From an uncultured Solirubrobacteraceae bacterium (GTDB lineage Bacteria; Actinomycetota; Thermoleophilia; Solirubrobacterales; Solirubrobacteraceae): 64,000 nt of DNA. A program made the position numbers and the translations under genes. Shown in pieces: positions 48,845 to 57,218 of this stretch. Location of the stretch: assembly GCA_963720415.1 (NCBI GenBank), contig CAVRFQ010000011.1, positions 16,169 to 80,168 on the forward strand. Reading direction: 5' to 3'. Under the pieces are notes generated by a model that searched no databases, had not been told where the DNA came from, and saw only the letters and a program-made list of their open reading frames with translations. Each line of letters begins with the position of its first letter. Within the stretch, counting starts at the first letter, position 1.

Positions 48845-51773
48845 CCGCGACGATGCTGCCCGGGCTCTTCGACGAGCTGCGGTTCGGAGGGAGCTGGCGC
48901 CGCTACCAGCAGGCGGCGTTCGCGGCGTTCGAGCGCGACCGCGAGAACGGCCGGCGGCGGACCCACATCGTCGCCCCGCCCGGCTCGGGCAAGACGCTGC
49001 TCGGCGTGGAGCTGGTGCGCCGGATCGGCCGCCGCGCGCTGGTGCTCACCCCCAACAGCGCGGTGCAGATGCAGTGGCCGCGGTCGCTGCGGCAGTTCGG
49101 CGCGCCCGCCGACGTCGGCCGCGTCGCCGGGCCCGAGCCCGCGTTCCCGATCGCGTGCATGACCTACCAGTCGCTGTGCCAGCTCGAGGATCCCGAGATC
49201 GCCCTCGGCCGCGTGGCGGCCGCGCGCTGGGAGGCCGAGCGGGCGGCCGCGACGGGCATGGAGATCGAGGAGGTCCGCAAGGAGCGCTACGAGGGCGCCG
49301 CGGCCGAGCGGCGCGTCGCGCGAGATCGGGCGCATCACCGCGGCCGTCAAGCGCGAGATCGCGCGCGGCGAGCACGCGGGGGTCGAGCTCGCCGACCTGC
49401 TCTCCGCCACCGCCAAGGCGCGCGTGGCGGCGCTCCAGGCCGGCCGCGTCGGCGTCGTGGTGCTCGACGAGTGCCACCACCTCGCCTCGATGTGGGGCTA
49501 TGTCGTGCGCGCGGTGCTCGACGAGCTGGGCGGCGAGGACGTGCACGTGATCGGCCTCACCGCCACGCCGCCTTCGGGCCTGACCGGCGACGAGACCGAG
49601 CTCTACTCCGAGCTGCTCGGCCCGGTCGACTTCACCGTCCCGACGCCCGCCGTGGTCCGCGACGGCCACCTCGCCCCGTACCAGGAGCTGGCGTGGCTGA
49701 CCGAGCCGCTCGCCTCCGAGCGCGCGTGGCTGGCCGAGCACGACACGCGCTTCAAGGAGCTCGTGACCACGCTCCACGACGACGTGGAGTCCGACCACTC
49801 GTTCCCCGCGTGGGTGATCACCCGCGTGCGGGAGCGCCGCCGCTCGGCCGACGACGAGACGCAGGTGCCGTGGGAGGAGTTCCAGCGCGCGCGGCCGGGC
49901 CTGGCCCGGGCGGGTGTCCGCTTCCTCGCCTCCGCCGGGCTGACGCTGCCGGACGGCGCGCCGCGCGGCGAGGCCTACCGGCGCGCGCCCGACCTCGACG
50001 ACTGGCTCGTGCTGCTCGAGGACTACGCGCTGCGCTGCCTGCACGCGTCCTCGGCGCCGGAGGCGCACGAGCGCTACGAGGCCGTGGCCGCGGCGCTGTC
50101 CGAGCTCGGCTTCCGGCTCACCCGCCAGGGCGTCCGGCGCGGGACGTCGGAGGTCGACAGGCTGCTGACCAGCTCGCAGGCCAAGGCGCTCGGCGCCGTC
50201 GAGGTGCTCGCCGCCGAGATGGAGTCGCGCGGCGACGACGCTGCGGGCGCTCGTCCTGTGCGACACCGAGCTGGCCGAGGCCAAGCCCGACGTCCTGCTG
50301 GCCGGGGTGCTCGATCCCGCATCGGGGAGCGCGCGCCACGCGCTGATGGCCCTCGGCGCCGACTCGCGCACCGCGCCGCTGCGCCCGCTGGTGGTCTCCG
50401 GCCGGGGCCTGCGCTGCCTGCCCGCCGACGCCGACGTGCTGCTCGCCGCGCTCGTCGAGCAGGCGGAGGAGCACCTCTCGCTGCCCGACTGGGAGGCCGT
50501 GCCCGACGGCGTGCTGATCTCGCTGCGCTCGTCCGGCGCGGAGTGGGTGCCGCGCGCGTGGGTGGAGGTGGCCACGCGGGTGCTGGAGAGCGGCGTCGCG
50601 GGAACGCTGATCGGCACGCGGGCGCTGCTCGGCGAGGGCTGGGACTGCCCGGCCGTCAACGTGCTGGTCGACCTCACCGTCGCGGCCACCGGCGTGTCGG
50701 TGCAGCAGATGCGCGGCCGGTCGCTGCGGCTGGACCCCGACGACCCGCACAAGCTCGCCTCCAACTGGGACGTCGTCTGCGTCGCGCCCGACCTCGTGCG
50801 CGGCAGCGCCGACTACGAGCGCTTCGTGCGCAAGCACCTGCACCTCTACGCGCCGGCCGACGACGGCGAGATCGAGGCCGGGCCGTCGCACGTGCACCCC
50901 GAGCTCAGCCCGTTCGCCCCGCCCCCGGCCTCGCACTTCTCCGAGGTCAACCGGAGCATGCTCGCCCGCGCCGCCGACCGCGAGGCGGCGCGCGAGCGCT
51001 GGCAGCTCGGCAGGCCGTACCGCGGCGCGGACCTCCAAACCCTCGTCGTACGGCCGAGAACCGCAGGGGTCAGACCCCTTGAGTCACAGCCGCTCAAGGG
51101 GTCAGACCCCCCTCCGATCTCGCAGCGCAGCGCGGTTTCCGTGGCTGCCGGCGGTGCGGTGGTGGCCGCCGTCGCGACCCCGCTCGCCGGGCTCGTGGGC
51201 CTGGCCGGGCTGGTGCTGGTCGTCGCCGGCCTCGCGTGGGCGGCGCTGCGGCTGCGGCAGGCCGGCGCTCGGCTCCCGCTCGTGCTGCCGCTCGACCGCA
51301 GCGCGCGCGCCGTCGTCGAGGCCTACCGCGAGCTCGGCGAGCTCACCGATGCCGCGGCCGGATCGCTGCTGATCGAGCCGCGCACGTCCGGCTACCTGCG
51401 CTGCGTCCTCACCGAGGCCACGCCGGAGGAGAGCCGCCGCTTCGCGGCCGCGCTCGACGAGCTGGCCGGCGTGTCCGACGCCCCGCGCTACCTCGTCACC
51501 CGTCCGCTCCCGGATCCCGAGGCCGGCGCGCTCACGCTGCTCGGCCGCGTGCTCCTCCGCCGGCCGCCGTTCCCGGTCCGCCATCACCCGGTGCCCGCCG
51601 ACCTGGCCCGCAACAAGGAGCGCGCCGAGGCGTTCTGCCGCGCCTGGTGCCGGCAGTACGGGCCGGCCGAGCTGGTCTTCACGCAGCGCTCGGACGAGGG
51701 CCGCCGCGCGCGGGCCGAGGCTGCCGCCGACGACGGTGGCTACGAGACGCTCGTGCGCGACGTCTGGCTCTGA
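48841..51773 (+). pseudogene. SF2 (DEAD/DEAH, ResIII-like) helicase with C-terminal TM region; two apparent +1 frameshifts (~49321, ~50240)
   Basis: Three frames join into one protein. (1) ..WRRYQQAAF..IVAPPGSGKT (motif I)..AAERRVA. (2) REIGRITAAVKREIA..VVVLDECHH (motif II)..GLTATP (III)..EMESRGDD. (3) LRALVLCDTE..IGTRALLGEGWDCP..QQMRGRSLR (VI)..TM AVVAAVATPLAGLVGLAGLVLVVAGLAWAAL..DVWL. GTG 48841 overlaps the SCO stop, with an alternative ATG at 48853. Confidence 0.75.
51066..51110. repeat. 45-nt palindrome inside helicase ORF: GGGGTCAGACCCCTTGAG-9 nt-CTCAAGGGGTCAGACCCC
   Basis: 18-nt arms with 17/18 complementary. The unit GGGGTCAGACCCC occurs twice. Length is a multiple of 3 and it translates as GVRPLESQPLKGSDP. 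Confidence 0.9.
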
Positions 51774-51997
51774 GCCAGCGTGTCCTGCGCCGCGTCGGCG
51801 CGATCCTGCGCCGCGCGGTAGACCGCGTACGTGTCGCCGGCGGGGAGCGAGTGCCAGAGGGCATAGGCGTCGGCCGCCTCGTCCTGGGCGTCGCGCCACG
51901 CGTCGTGGTCGGCGCTCCACGTGCGCGCACGGCGCAGCACGATCTCGCGCGTGTCGGCGACCTGGTCCAGCAGCGTCTTGAGATCGTGGCTGCTCAC
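51740..51997 (-). CDS. small hypothetical protein (paralog A)
   Basis: 85 aa. GTG 51997 with AAGGAG SD 7 nt upstream. Shares W..A...A..A..W....GD.YAVYRAA.DRADAA motif with ORF 52098..52292. Confidence 0.55.
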   Translation of the reverse strand: MSSHDLKTLLDQVADTREIVLRRARTWSADHDAWRDAQDEAADAYALWHSLPAGDTYAVYRAAQDRADAAQDTLAQSQTSRTSVS

Positions 51998-52097
51998 TCG
52001 TGGCTCCTTAGCGGTGGTGGATTCCCGCTTGGCACCACCTTTTACGCATCAGGTCACCAGACGGTTGCATGGTGACGCGACGGAACTTCCCCGCAGG

Positions 52098-52292
52098 TCA
52101 GGCGGCGAGCGCCGGGCACGCGGCGCCGGCGAGCGCGAACTCGGCCGCGTCGGCCCGGTCCTCGGCCGCGCGATAGACCGCGTACGCGTCGCCGTTGCGA
52201 CGGGCGCACCATGCCTCGTAGGCGAGGTTCGCCTCGGCGCGCGCGGCACTCCAGATGGTGAAGTGCTCGTCGTGACGCTGGGCGGCGGTCAT
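52098..52292 (-). CDS. small hypothetical protein (paralog B)
   Basis: 64 aa: ..FTIWSAARAEANLAYEAWCARRNGDAYAVYRAAEDRADAAEFALAG. Paralogous to 51740..51997. Confidence 0.5.
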   Translation of the reverse strand: MTAAQRHDEHFTIWSAARAEANLAYEAWCARRNGDAYAVYRAAEDRADAAEFALAGAACPALAA

Positions 52293-52326
52293 CGTGCCGC
52301 GCGAGATACCCCGCGAGGTCGCGCCG

Positions 52327-52479
52327 TCAAACCACCGGATCGCCGCCGCTGTCGCCCTGCTTGTCGCGGAAGCGCTTCTCGCGGTACTTCCCGACCAGCA
52401 GCAGCCCCACCATGATCAGCAGCGGGAGCGCGTAGAGCATGTCGACGAGGACGTGGCCGGCGTGGGCGAAGACGATCAC
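52327..52479 (-). CDS. small membrane protein
   Basis: Tail of ORF 52327..53817: VIVFAHAGHVLVDMLYALPLLIMVGLLLVGKYREKRFRDKQG.. (one TM plus basic tail). GTG 52479 overlaps upstream TGA (GTGA). Confidence 0.4.
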   Translation of the reverse strand: MIVFAHAGHVLVDMLYALPLLIMVGLLLVGKYREKRFRDKQGDSGGDPVV

Positions 52480-53873
52480 AGGTTCAGCGCCGCCGACAGC
52501 AGCCACAGGCCGAGGAGCGTGAACAGCACCATCACCCCAAGCATGACGAACTGCGAGCGCGCGGCGGCCCGGGCGCTGCCGTAGACGGTCAGCGCGCGGT
52601 CGTGCGCGAGGACGAGGGCGGCGACGTGGCCCACCACCAGCGCGCCGATCTGCACGTACCAGATGGCGGTCGCGGAGACGATCGAGTAGTCGATCCCGGA
52701 AGCGGCCCCGCCGAACAGGTCGGAGCCGTCGCCGAGCGGATCGTTGGCCAGGCCCCACAGCTGCTGGCCGCTGTACGCCAGCAGCGAGAAGTAGTGCGCG
52801 ACGAGGTAGGCGGCGGCGATCGGGATCAGCGTGTGGGCGAAGCGCCGCCCGAGCTGGCGCCGCGAGAGCCGCTCGCGCGGCATGCCCAGCACGCACACGG
52901 ACCAGATCGCCGTCACGGCGGCCACCGCGATCACGAGGCCCACGACGAAGGAGAGCTCGAGCGACAGGCCGAGCGACAGGCCGAGGCCGGAGAACGCGTC
53001 CTGCAGCGTGCCGAAGAGGTCGTTGAAGAGCGGCCCCTCCTTGGCCCCGTCGAACGCCGTGCTGCCGATGCCGGTGAGCAGGATGCCCGTCGTGCCGGCG
53101 ACGGCGACCAGCGAGGTAGCGCCGACGACCGGCGGGCGCAGGAAGAGCCGGCCGTCGCCCCGGCGGCCGAGCACGGCGAGGCGCGCGAGGAGCCCGAACC
53201 AGACGCCGAACGCGTCGGCGTTGCGCGTCCACGGCTCCACGCCGTAGAGGCTCATCCCGACGAGCTGGATCGCCAGGTAGACGAGCATGAGGATCGCCAG
53301 CGGCCCGGGCTCGCGGCCCGTCGCCCAGCACAGCTCGCAGATCGCGAACGCGAAGAGGCCGGCCACCGCCGGCCACTGGCCGAGCCGGGCCGGGTACGCC
53401 AGCGGCTCGGGCGGCGCGAACCGCCCCGTGACCCAGCCCGCCGCCCGGCCGATCGCCCTCCACGGGCTCAGCAGCCGGAAGACGTTGCCGAAGAGCAGCG
53501 ACGCGAACGGCACGCCGACCCAGAAGCCGACGTAGACCGCGGTCGGCGCGAGGTTGTCGGCCTGACTCTCGGTGCCGGCGAGCCCCGCGTACACGGTGAC
53601 GCCGAACACGAGCACGCCGATCGCGCCGAGCAGCGCCTCGACCGCGAGCGGGATCCGCACCAGCGGCCGGACCGCGGGGTGCTCGAGGCGCGGGCGCGTC
53701 CAGCCCGCCGCCAGCGCGGCGAAGGAGACGACGAGCACCGCGGCCGCGGCGGCCGCGAACCAGAGGACCGGGATCGGCAGGTCGGCGCGGCCGACGATCC
53801 CGTGCGCGAAGAGCCACACGGCGGAGCAGTCTAGGAACGACGAGGGCCCCGCCGGAGCGGGGCCCTCGGTCAA
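52476..53873 (-). CDS. polytopic integral membrane protein of unknown function
   Basis: 465 aa with ~10-12 hydrophobic segments. N-terminal HGIVGRADLPIPVLWF motif. The overlapping ORF 52327..53817 is an out-of-frame shadow. Confidence 0.8.
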   Translation of the reverse strand: MTEGPAPAGPSSFLDCSAVWLFAHGIVGRADLPIPVLWFAAAAAAVLVVSFAALAAGWTRPRLEHPAVRPLVRIPLAVEALLGAIGVLVFGVTVYAGLAGTESQADNLAPTAVYVGFWVGVPFASLLFGNVFRLLSPWRAIGRAAGWVTGRFAPPEPLAYPARLGQWPAVAGLFAFAICELCWATGREPGPLAILMLVYLAIQLVGMSLYGVEPWTRNADAFGVWFGLLARLAVLGRRGDGRLFLRPPVVGATSLVAVAGTTGILLTGIGSTAFDGAKEGPLFNDLFGTLQDAFSGLGLSLGLSLELSFVVGLVIAVAAVTAIWSVCVLGMPRERLSRRQLGRRFAHTLIPIAAAYLVAHYFSLLAYSGQQLWGLANDPLGDGSDLFGGAASGIDYSIVSATAIWYVQIGALVVGHVAALVLAHDRALTVYGSARAAARSQFVMLGVMVLFTLLGLWLLSAALNL

Positions 53874-53895
53874 ACGGTGCGCTGTGAAGCGCCGC

Positions 53896-54612
53896 TTACT
53901 TCTTGCAGCTGGTCGACGCGGAGGTCGAGCGCGTGCCGCCCACCGGGTCGAAGCCGTTCGGGACGAACGTCAGCACGGCGCTGAACGGGTGCTTCTTGTT
54001 CTTGCAGCCGTTCGTGGAGCCGAGGTAGTTCTTCTTCTTCTTGGCCTCCAGCGTGGTCTCCAGCGCGATCAGGCCGGCGAACGTGCCGGGCACCGGCTGC
54101 TGGGCGGCCGCGGGGACCTCGATGGTGAGCTTGCGGCCGCTGATGTGGCCGGGCGCGAGCACGTTGATCGGCAGCTCCTTGGCGGCCAGGTAGAAGCCGA
54201 TCTCCTTGGCGCCCATGACGACGGGGGTGACGACGAAGTTCAGCAGCGTCTGCTCCGACGGGGGCTTGCCGACGCCGAGGGCGGCGCTGGCCGTGCCCTT
54301 GCCGACGCGGGAGGCCTTCGGGCACGCGGACGGGCCGCTGGCCTCGAGCGTGGCCTCGGAGCACGTGGCGAGGCCCTTGCCGGAGAACTTGAACGTCTTC
54401 GCCGTCGTGATCGTGAGCTTGCTCATCGTTCGATTCGTCTCGAAGTTCTCGATCGAGAGCTTGATCTCCGAGTTCTTCGGCTTGCTCTTCTTGCCGGCCT
54501 TCTTCGGGGTGATGCTCACGCTCATGTCTGGGGTGGTCGTCTGTGCAACGGCCACCGACGTGAAGGTGAGAGCAGTCATCGCCGCTGCAGCGACGATCAG
54601 GTACTTACGCAA
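53896..54612 (-). CDS. secreted Lys-rich beta-type protein of unknown function
   Basis: TTG 54612 with GGAGGG SD: LRKYLIVAAAAMTALTFTSVAVAQ signal peptide. Lys-rich (KKAGKKSKPK, EAKKKKNY, CKNKKHP, ends CKK), 4 Cys. Visibly lower G+C than its neighbours. Confidence 0.7.
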   Translation of the reverse strand: MRKYLIVAAAAMTALTFTSVAVAQTTTPDMSVSITPKKAGKKSKPKNSEIKLSIENFETNRTMSKLTITTAKTFKFSGKGLATCSEATLEASGPSACPKASRVGKGTASAALGVGKPPSEQTLLNFVVTPVVMGAKEIGFYLAAKELPINVLAPGHISGRKLTIEVPAAAQQPVPGTFAGLIALETTLEAKKKKNYLGSTNGCKNKKHPFSAVLTFVPNGFDPVGGTRSTSASTSCKK

Positions 54613-54709
54613 GGGGGACCCTCCGGTAACTCGGATTGACTGACGAATCAACCCCGAAGCCTCTTAGAAGTTTCGCCTCGCGCGCACTCGAACGTGCGTC
54701 CACTGACCT

Positions 54710-55330
54710 TCAGCGGGCGCAGAGGCGCTCCACGCCGTCCAGCAGCGTCCAGTTCGCGCGCAGGACGCGCTCGGCCTCGGCCACCATCGAGTCCTCGTCG
54801 GCGCCGTCCAGATGCTCGGCGATCAGCGCCCGCGACTCGGCCGCGTGCTCCACGTCGCGCACGGCGTGAAGCTCGAAGTAGGCGGTCGCCGGACCGGGCT
54901 CGAAGCCGTAGTGCTCACGCAGGCCGTCGGCCTTCACGCGGGAGACCGCCGGCTGGGCCGACTCGATGGCGAACAGCGCCACGAGGTGGCCGACGAGATC
55001 GCGGCCGGCGCCCGCCCAGGCGTCGGCGCACTCGGCCGTCTCCGGCTCGGCCGGCTGCGGTCCCTCGGCGCCGGCCGCCTCGGCGAACGCGTCCCAGAGG
55101 GCGACGTGCGCCGCCTCCTCGCCGGCGTGGACCGCCAGGTCGACCCGTGACGTCGCCATCGCCGCTCCTCCCGCCGCCTCGGCCAGCGCCACGACGGCGT
55201 GGCGGTACTGCCCGGCGTAGAGGACGAGGTCGTCCCGGGAGAGCTCTCCGCCGGCCCAGCGCCGGTAGAACGGATGCTCCAGGACGTTCCAGCGGGCGTG
55301 CACGTCAGCCAGGCGCGACCAGAGGTCCAC
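54710..55330 (-). CDS. heme-oxygenase-like (TenA/PqqC-type) iron-containing redox enzyme family protein
   Basis: MDLWSRLADVHARWNVLEHPFYRRWAGGELSRDDLVLYAGQYRHAV..HAGEEAAHVALWDAF.. Confidence 0.75.
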   Translation of the reverse strand: MDLWSRLADVHARWNVLEHPFYRRWAGGELSRDDLVLYAGQYRHAVVALAEAAGGAAMATSRVDLAVHAGEEAAHVALWDAFAEAAGAEGPQPAEPETAECADAWAGAGRDLVGHLVALFAIESAQPAVSRVKADGLREHYGFEPGPATAYFELHAVRDVEHAAESRALIAEHLDGADEDSMVAEAERVLRANWTLLDGVERLCAR

Positions 55331-55366
55331 GCAAGCCTCCTCAGGTGGGTTCCGAGCCGAGGCGCG

Positions 55367-56134
55367 ATGCTACCGTGGCCGCCGGTGCGGGCCCAGCCAG
55401 ACACCATCCCGGCTCCCCCGTTCCCGCGCGACCTTCCCTGGATCAACGTCGCGTCGCTGCGGATGGACAAGCAGCGCGGCCGCCCCGTCCTGGTCGAGTT
55501 CTGGGACTTCTGCCGCGTCAACTCGCTGCGCACGCTGCCGTACCTGAAGGCGTGGCACGAGCGGTACGCGGACGCCGGGCTGCGGGTGATCGGCGTCCAC
55601 GCGGGCGGCTTCCTGCCCGCGCGCGATGAGGCGAACGTGCGCCGCGCGGTGGACCGGCTCGGGATCGCCTACCCGGTGGTCATCGACGGCCGGCTCGAGC
55701 TGTGGGACATGTACGGCAACAAGGGCTGGCCCGGGCGCTACCTGTGGGACCAGCGGGGCGCGCTGTTCTCGATGCACTACGGCGAGGGCGCGTACGAGGA
55801 GACCGAGCGCGAGATCCAGGAGCTGCTCGGGATCGAGCGCGAGCCGGTGCCGCCGGTGCGGCCCGAGGACGCGCCGGGCGTGCTCCTGCCCGCCCAGACC
55901 GAGGACCAGCCGGGCGCGTACAGCGGCCCGTACGAGGCGGGCGGCGTCTACGCGGTGCTCGAGGGCGAGGGCGAGGTCGTCGCCGACGGTCGCGCGATCG
56001 CCGTCTCCGAGCCCGGCTGCTTCGAGCTGGTCTCGCACCCGCACCACACGGCCGCCGTGCTCGACCTGTGGGTGGGCCCCGGCGTCACCTGCCACGCGAC
56101 GTGCTTCACGGCAGCGCTTCCAGCACCCGGATGA
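55367..56134 (+). CDS. thioredoxin-fold (redoxin/DipZ C-terminal-like) protein
   Basis: ATG 55367 within ORF 55199..56134: ..RGRPVLVEFWDFCRVNSLRTLPYLKAWHERYADAGLRVIGVH..GWPGRYLWD... Only one Cys where CxxC is expected. Confidence 0.8.
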   Translation: MLPWPPVRAQPDTIPAPPFPRDLPWINVASLRMDKQRGRPVLVEFWDFCRVNSLRTLPYLKAWHERYADAGLRVIGVHAGGFLPARDEANVRRAVDRLGIAYPVVIDGRLELWDMYGNKGWPGRYLWDQRGALFSMHYGEGAYEETEREIQELLGIEREPVPPVRPEDAPGVLLPAQTEDQPGAYSGPYEAGGVYAVLEGEGEVVADGRAIAVSEPGCFELVSHPHHTAAVLDLWVGPGVTCHATCFTAALPAPG

Positions 56135-57218
56135 GCCGAGGCGGATCCGCGTCCTCGATGAGGATCGCGTTGCCCGGCCAGTAGGGCGACCGGGTCGGCT
56201 CGCCGGTGAGGAAGTGCGGCTGGTAGACCCACGAGCCGGTGTTGTGCAGCCGGCCGCCGGCGCGGGTCGTCCACTCGGCGACGTCGTCGCCCGGCCACGG
56301 GCCCGAGCGGTGCGAGTGCCCGCAGATCACGTGCGGCGCGGTCACGCCGAGGCGGCGCAGCATCTCGACGAAGCCGCGAAGGTAGCCGCGGCGCAGGCCG
56401 GGACCCGTGAGGTCGCGCTCGACGGGCCCGATGCCGAGCCGGTTGACGATCGCGACCGCCGTCGCGAAGCCCGCGCGCAGCGCCGCGGTCGACGGCCGCA
56501 GCCGCCGACCGCTGCCGCCGAGCGCGACCCACGCGCGCGAGGACGCTCCGGCGCCGGCGCTGACCATCGCGTGGTCGGAGCGCTGGGTGAGGGCGTGCAT
56601 CCACGCATAGAGCGGCGAGAGCACCGCCTCGTAGTCGTCGGGAGTCGCGCCCTCCTCCGGGAGCGAGACCGCCCAGCGCGCCATCGCCCCGGCGGCGAGG
56701 CGCTCGAAGGTCGGGATCGTGGCGTGCAGGTCCGAGTAGTGGCCGTGGATGGCGTAGACGTCGTCGCGCAGCCACACGCCCGGGTAGACGACCTGCACGC
56801 GCGCCGGCGCGGCGCACTCCGCCAGCGCCGCGGCGAGCACGCCGCTCTCGCGCGGCTCGATCCGCTGCTCGAGCTCGAGGAAGCCGGACGGCTCGGTCAT
56901 CAGCCGGCCGTCGATCCAGCCCGCGACCAGGCCGTGGTCGTGGTTGCCGGCCGCGAGCAGCAGCTCGCCGTCCGGGCCGAGCGCGCGCCCCATCGCCTCG
57001 AAGAACGGCCCGGCGACCTCCACCGCGTCGCGGTGCGGCCCGTCGCGCAGCTCGAGCCCGTCGCCGAGGATCACGAGCCGGTCGGCGCCGCGCACCGCCT
57101 CGGCGAGCGTGTCGCGCACCTCCGCGCGGCGCAGGAGGTCGGTCTGCGAGCTCGCGCCGATGTGCAGGTCGGAGATCACCAGGGTCCGCACGACGGGCAC
57201 TAGTCTGCCGGTCCGCAT
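56106..57218 (-). CDS. metallophosphoesterase
   Basis: ..TLVISDLHIG..LVILGDGLE..LAAGNHDH..ICGHSH... ATG 57218, with an alternative GTG at 57191. Confidence 0.85.
   Translation of the reverse strand: MRTGRLVPVVRTLVISDLHIGASSQTDLLRRAEVRDTLAEAVRGADRLVILGDGLELRDGPHRDAVEVAGPFFEAMGRALGPDGELLLAAGNHDHGLVAGWIDGRLMTEPSGFLELEQRIEPRESGVLAAALAECAAPARVQVVYPGVWLRDDVYAIHGHYSDLHATIPTFERLAAGAMARWAVSLPEEGATPDDYEAVLSPLYAWMHALTQRSDHAMVSAGAGASSRAWVALGGSGRRLRPSTAALRAGFATAVAIVNRLGIGPVERDLTGPGLRRGYLRGFVEMLRRLGVTAPHVICGHSHRSGPWPGDDVAEWTTRAGGRLHNTGSWVYQPHFLTGEPTRSPYWPGNAILIEDADPPRLIRVLEALP

Noticed and set aside
52013-52043. GGTGGTG-13 nt-CACCACC followed by TTTT as an intrinsic terminator
   Set aside because: The T-tract is on the plus strand, where the nearest upstream gene end (helicase, 51773) is 240 nt away. 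On the minus strand it lacks a U-tract. Orientation and function are therefore ambiguous, and it is mentioned only under the small-paralog finding.
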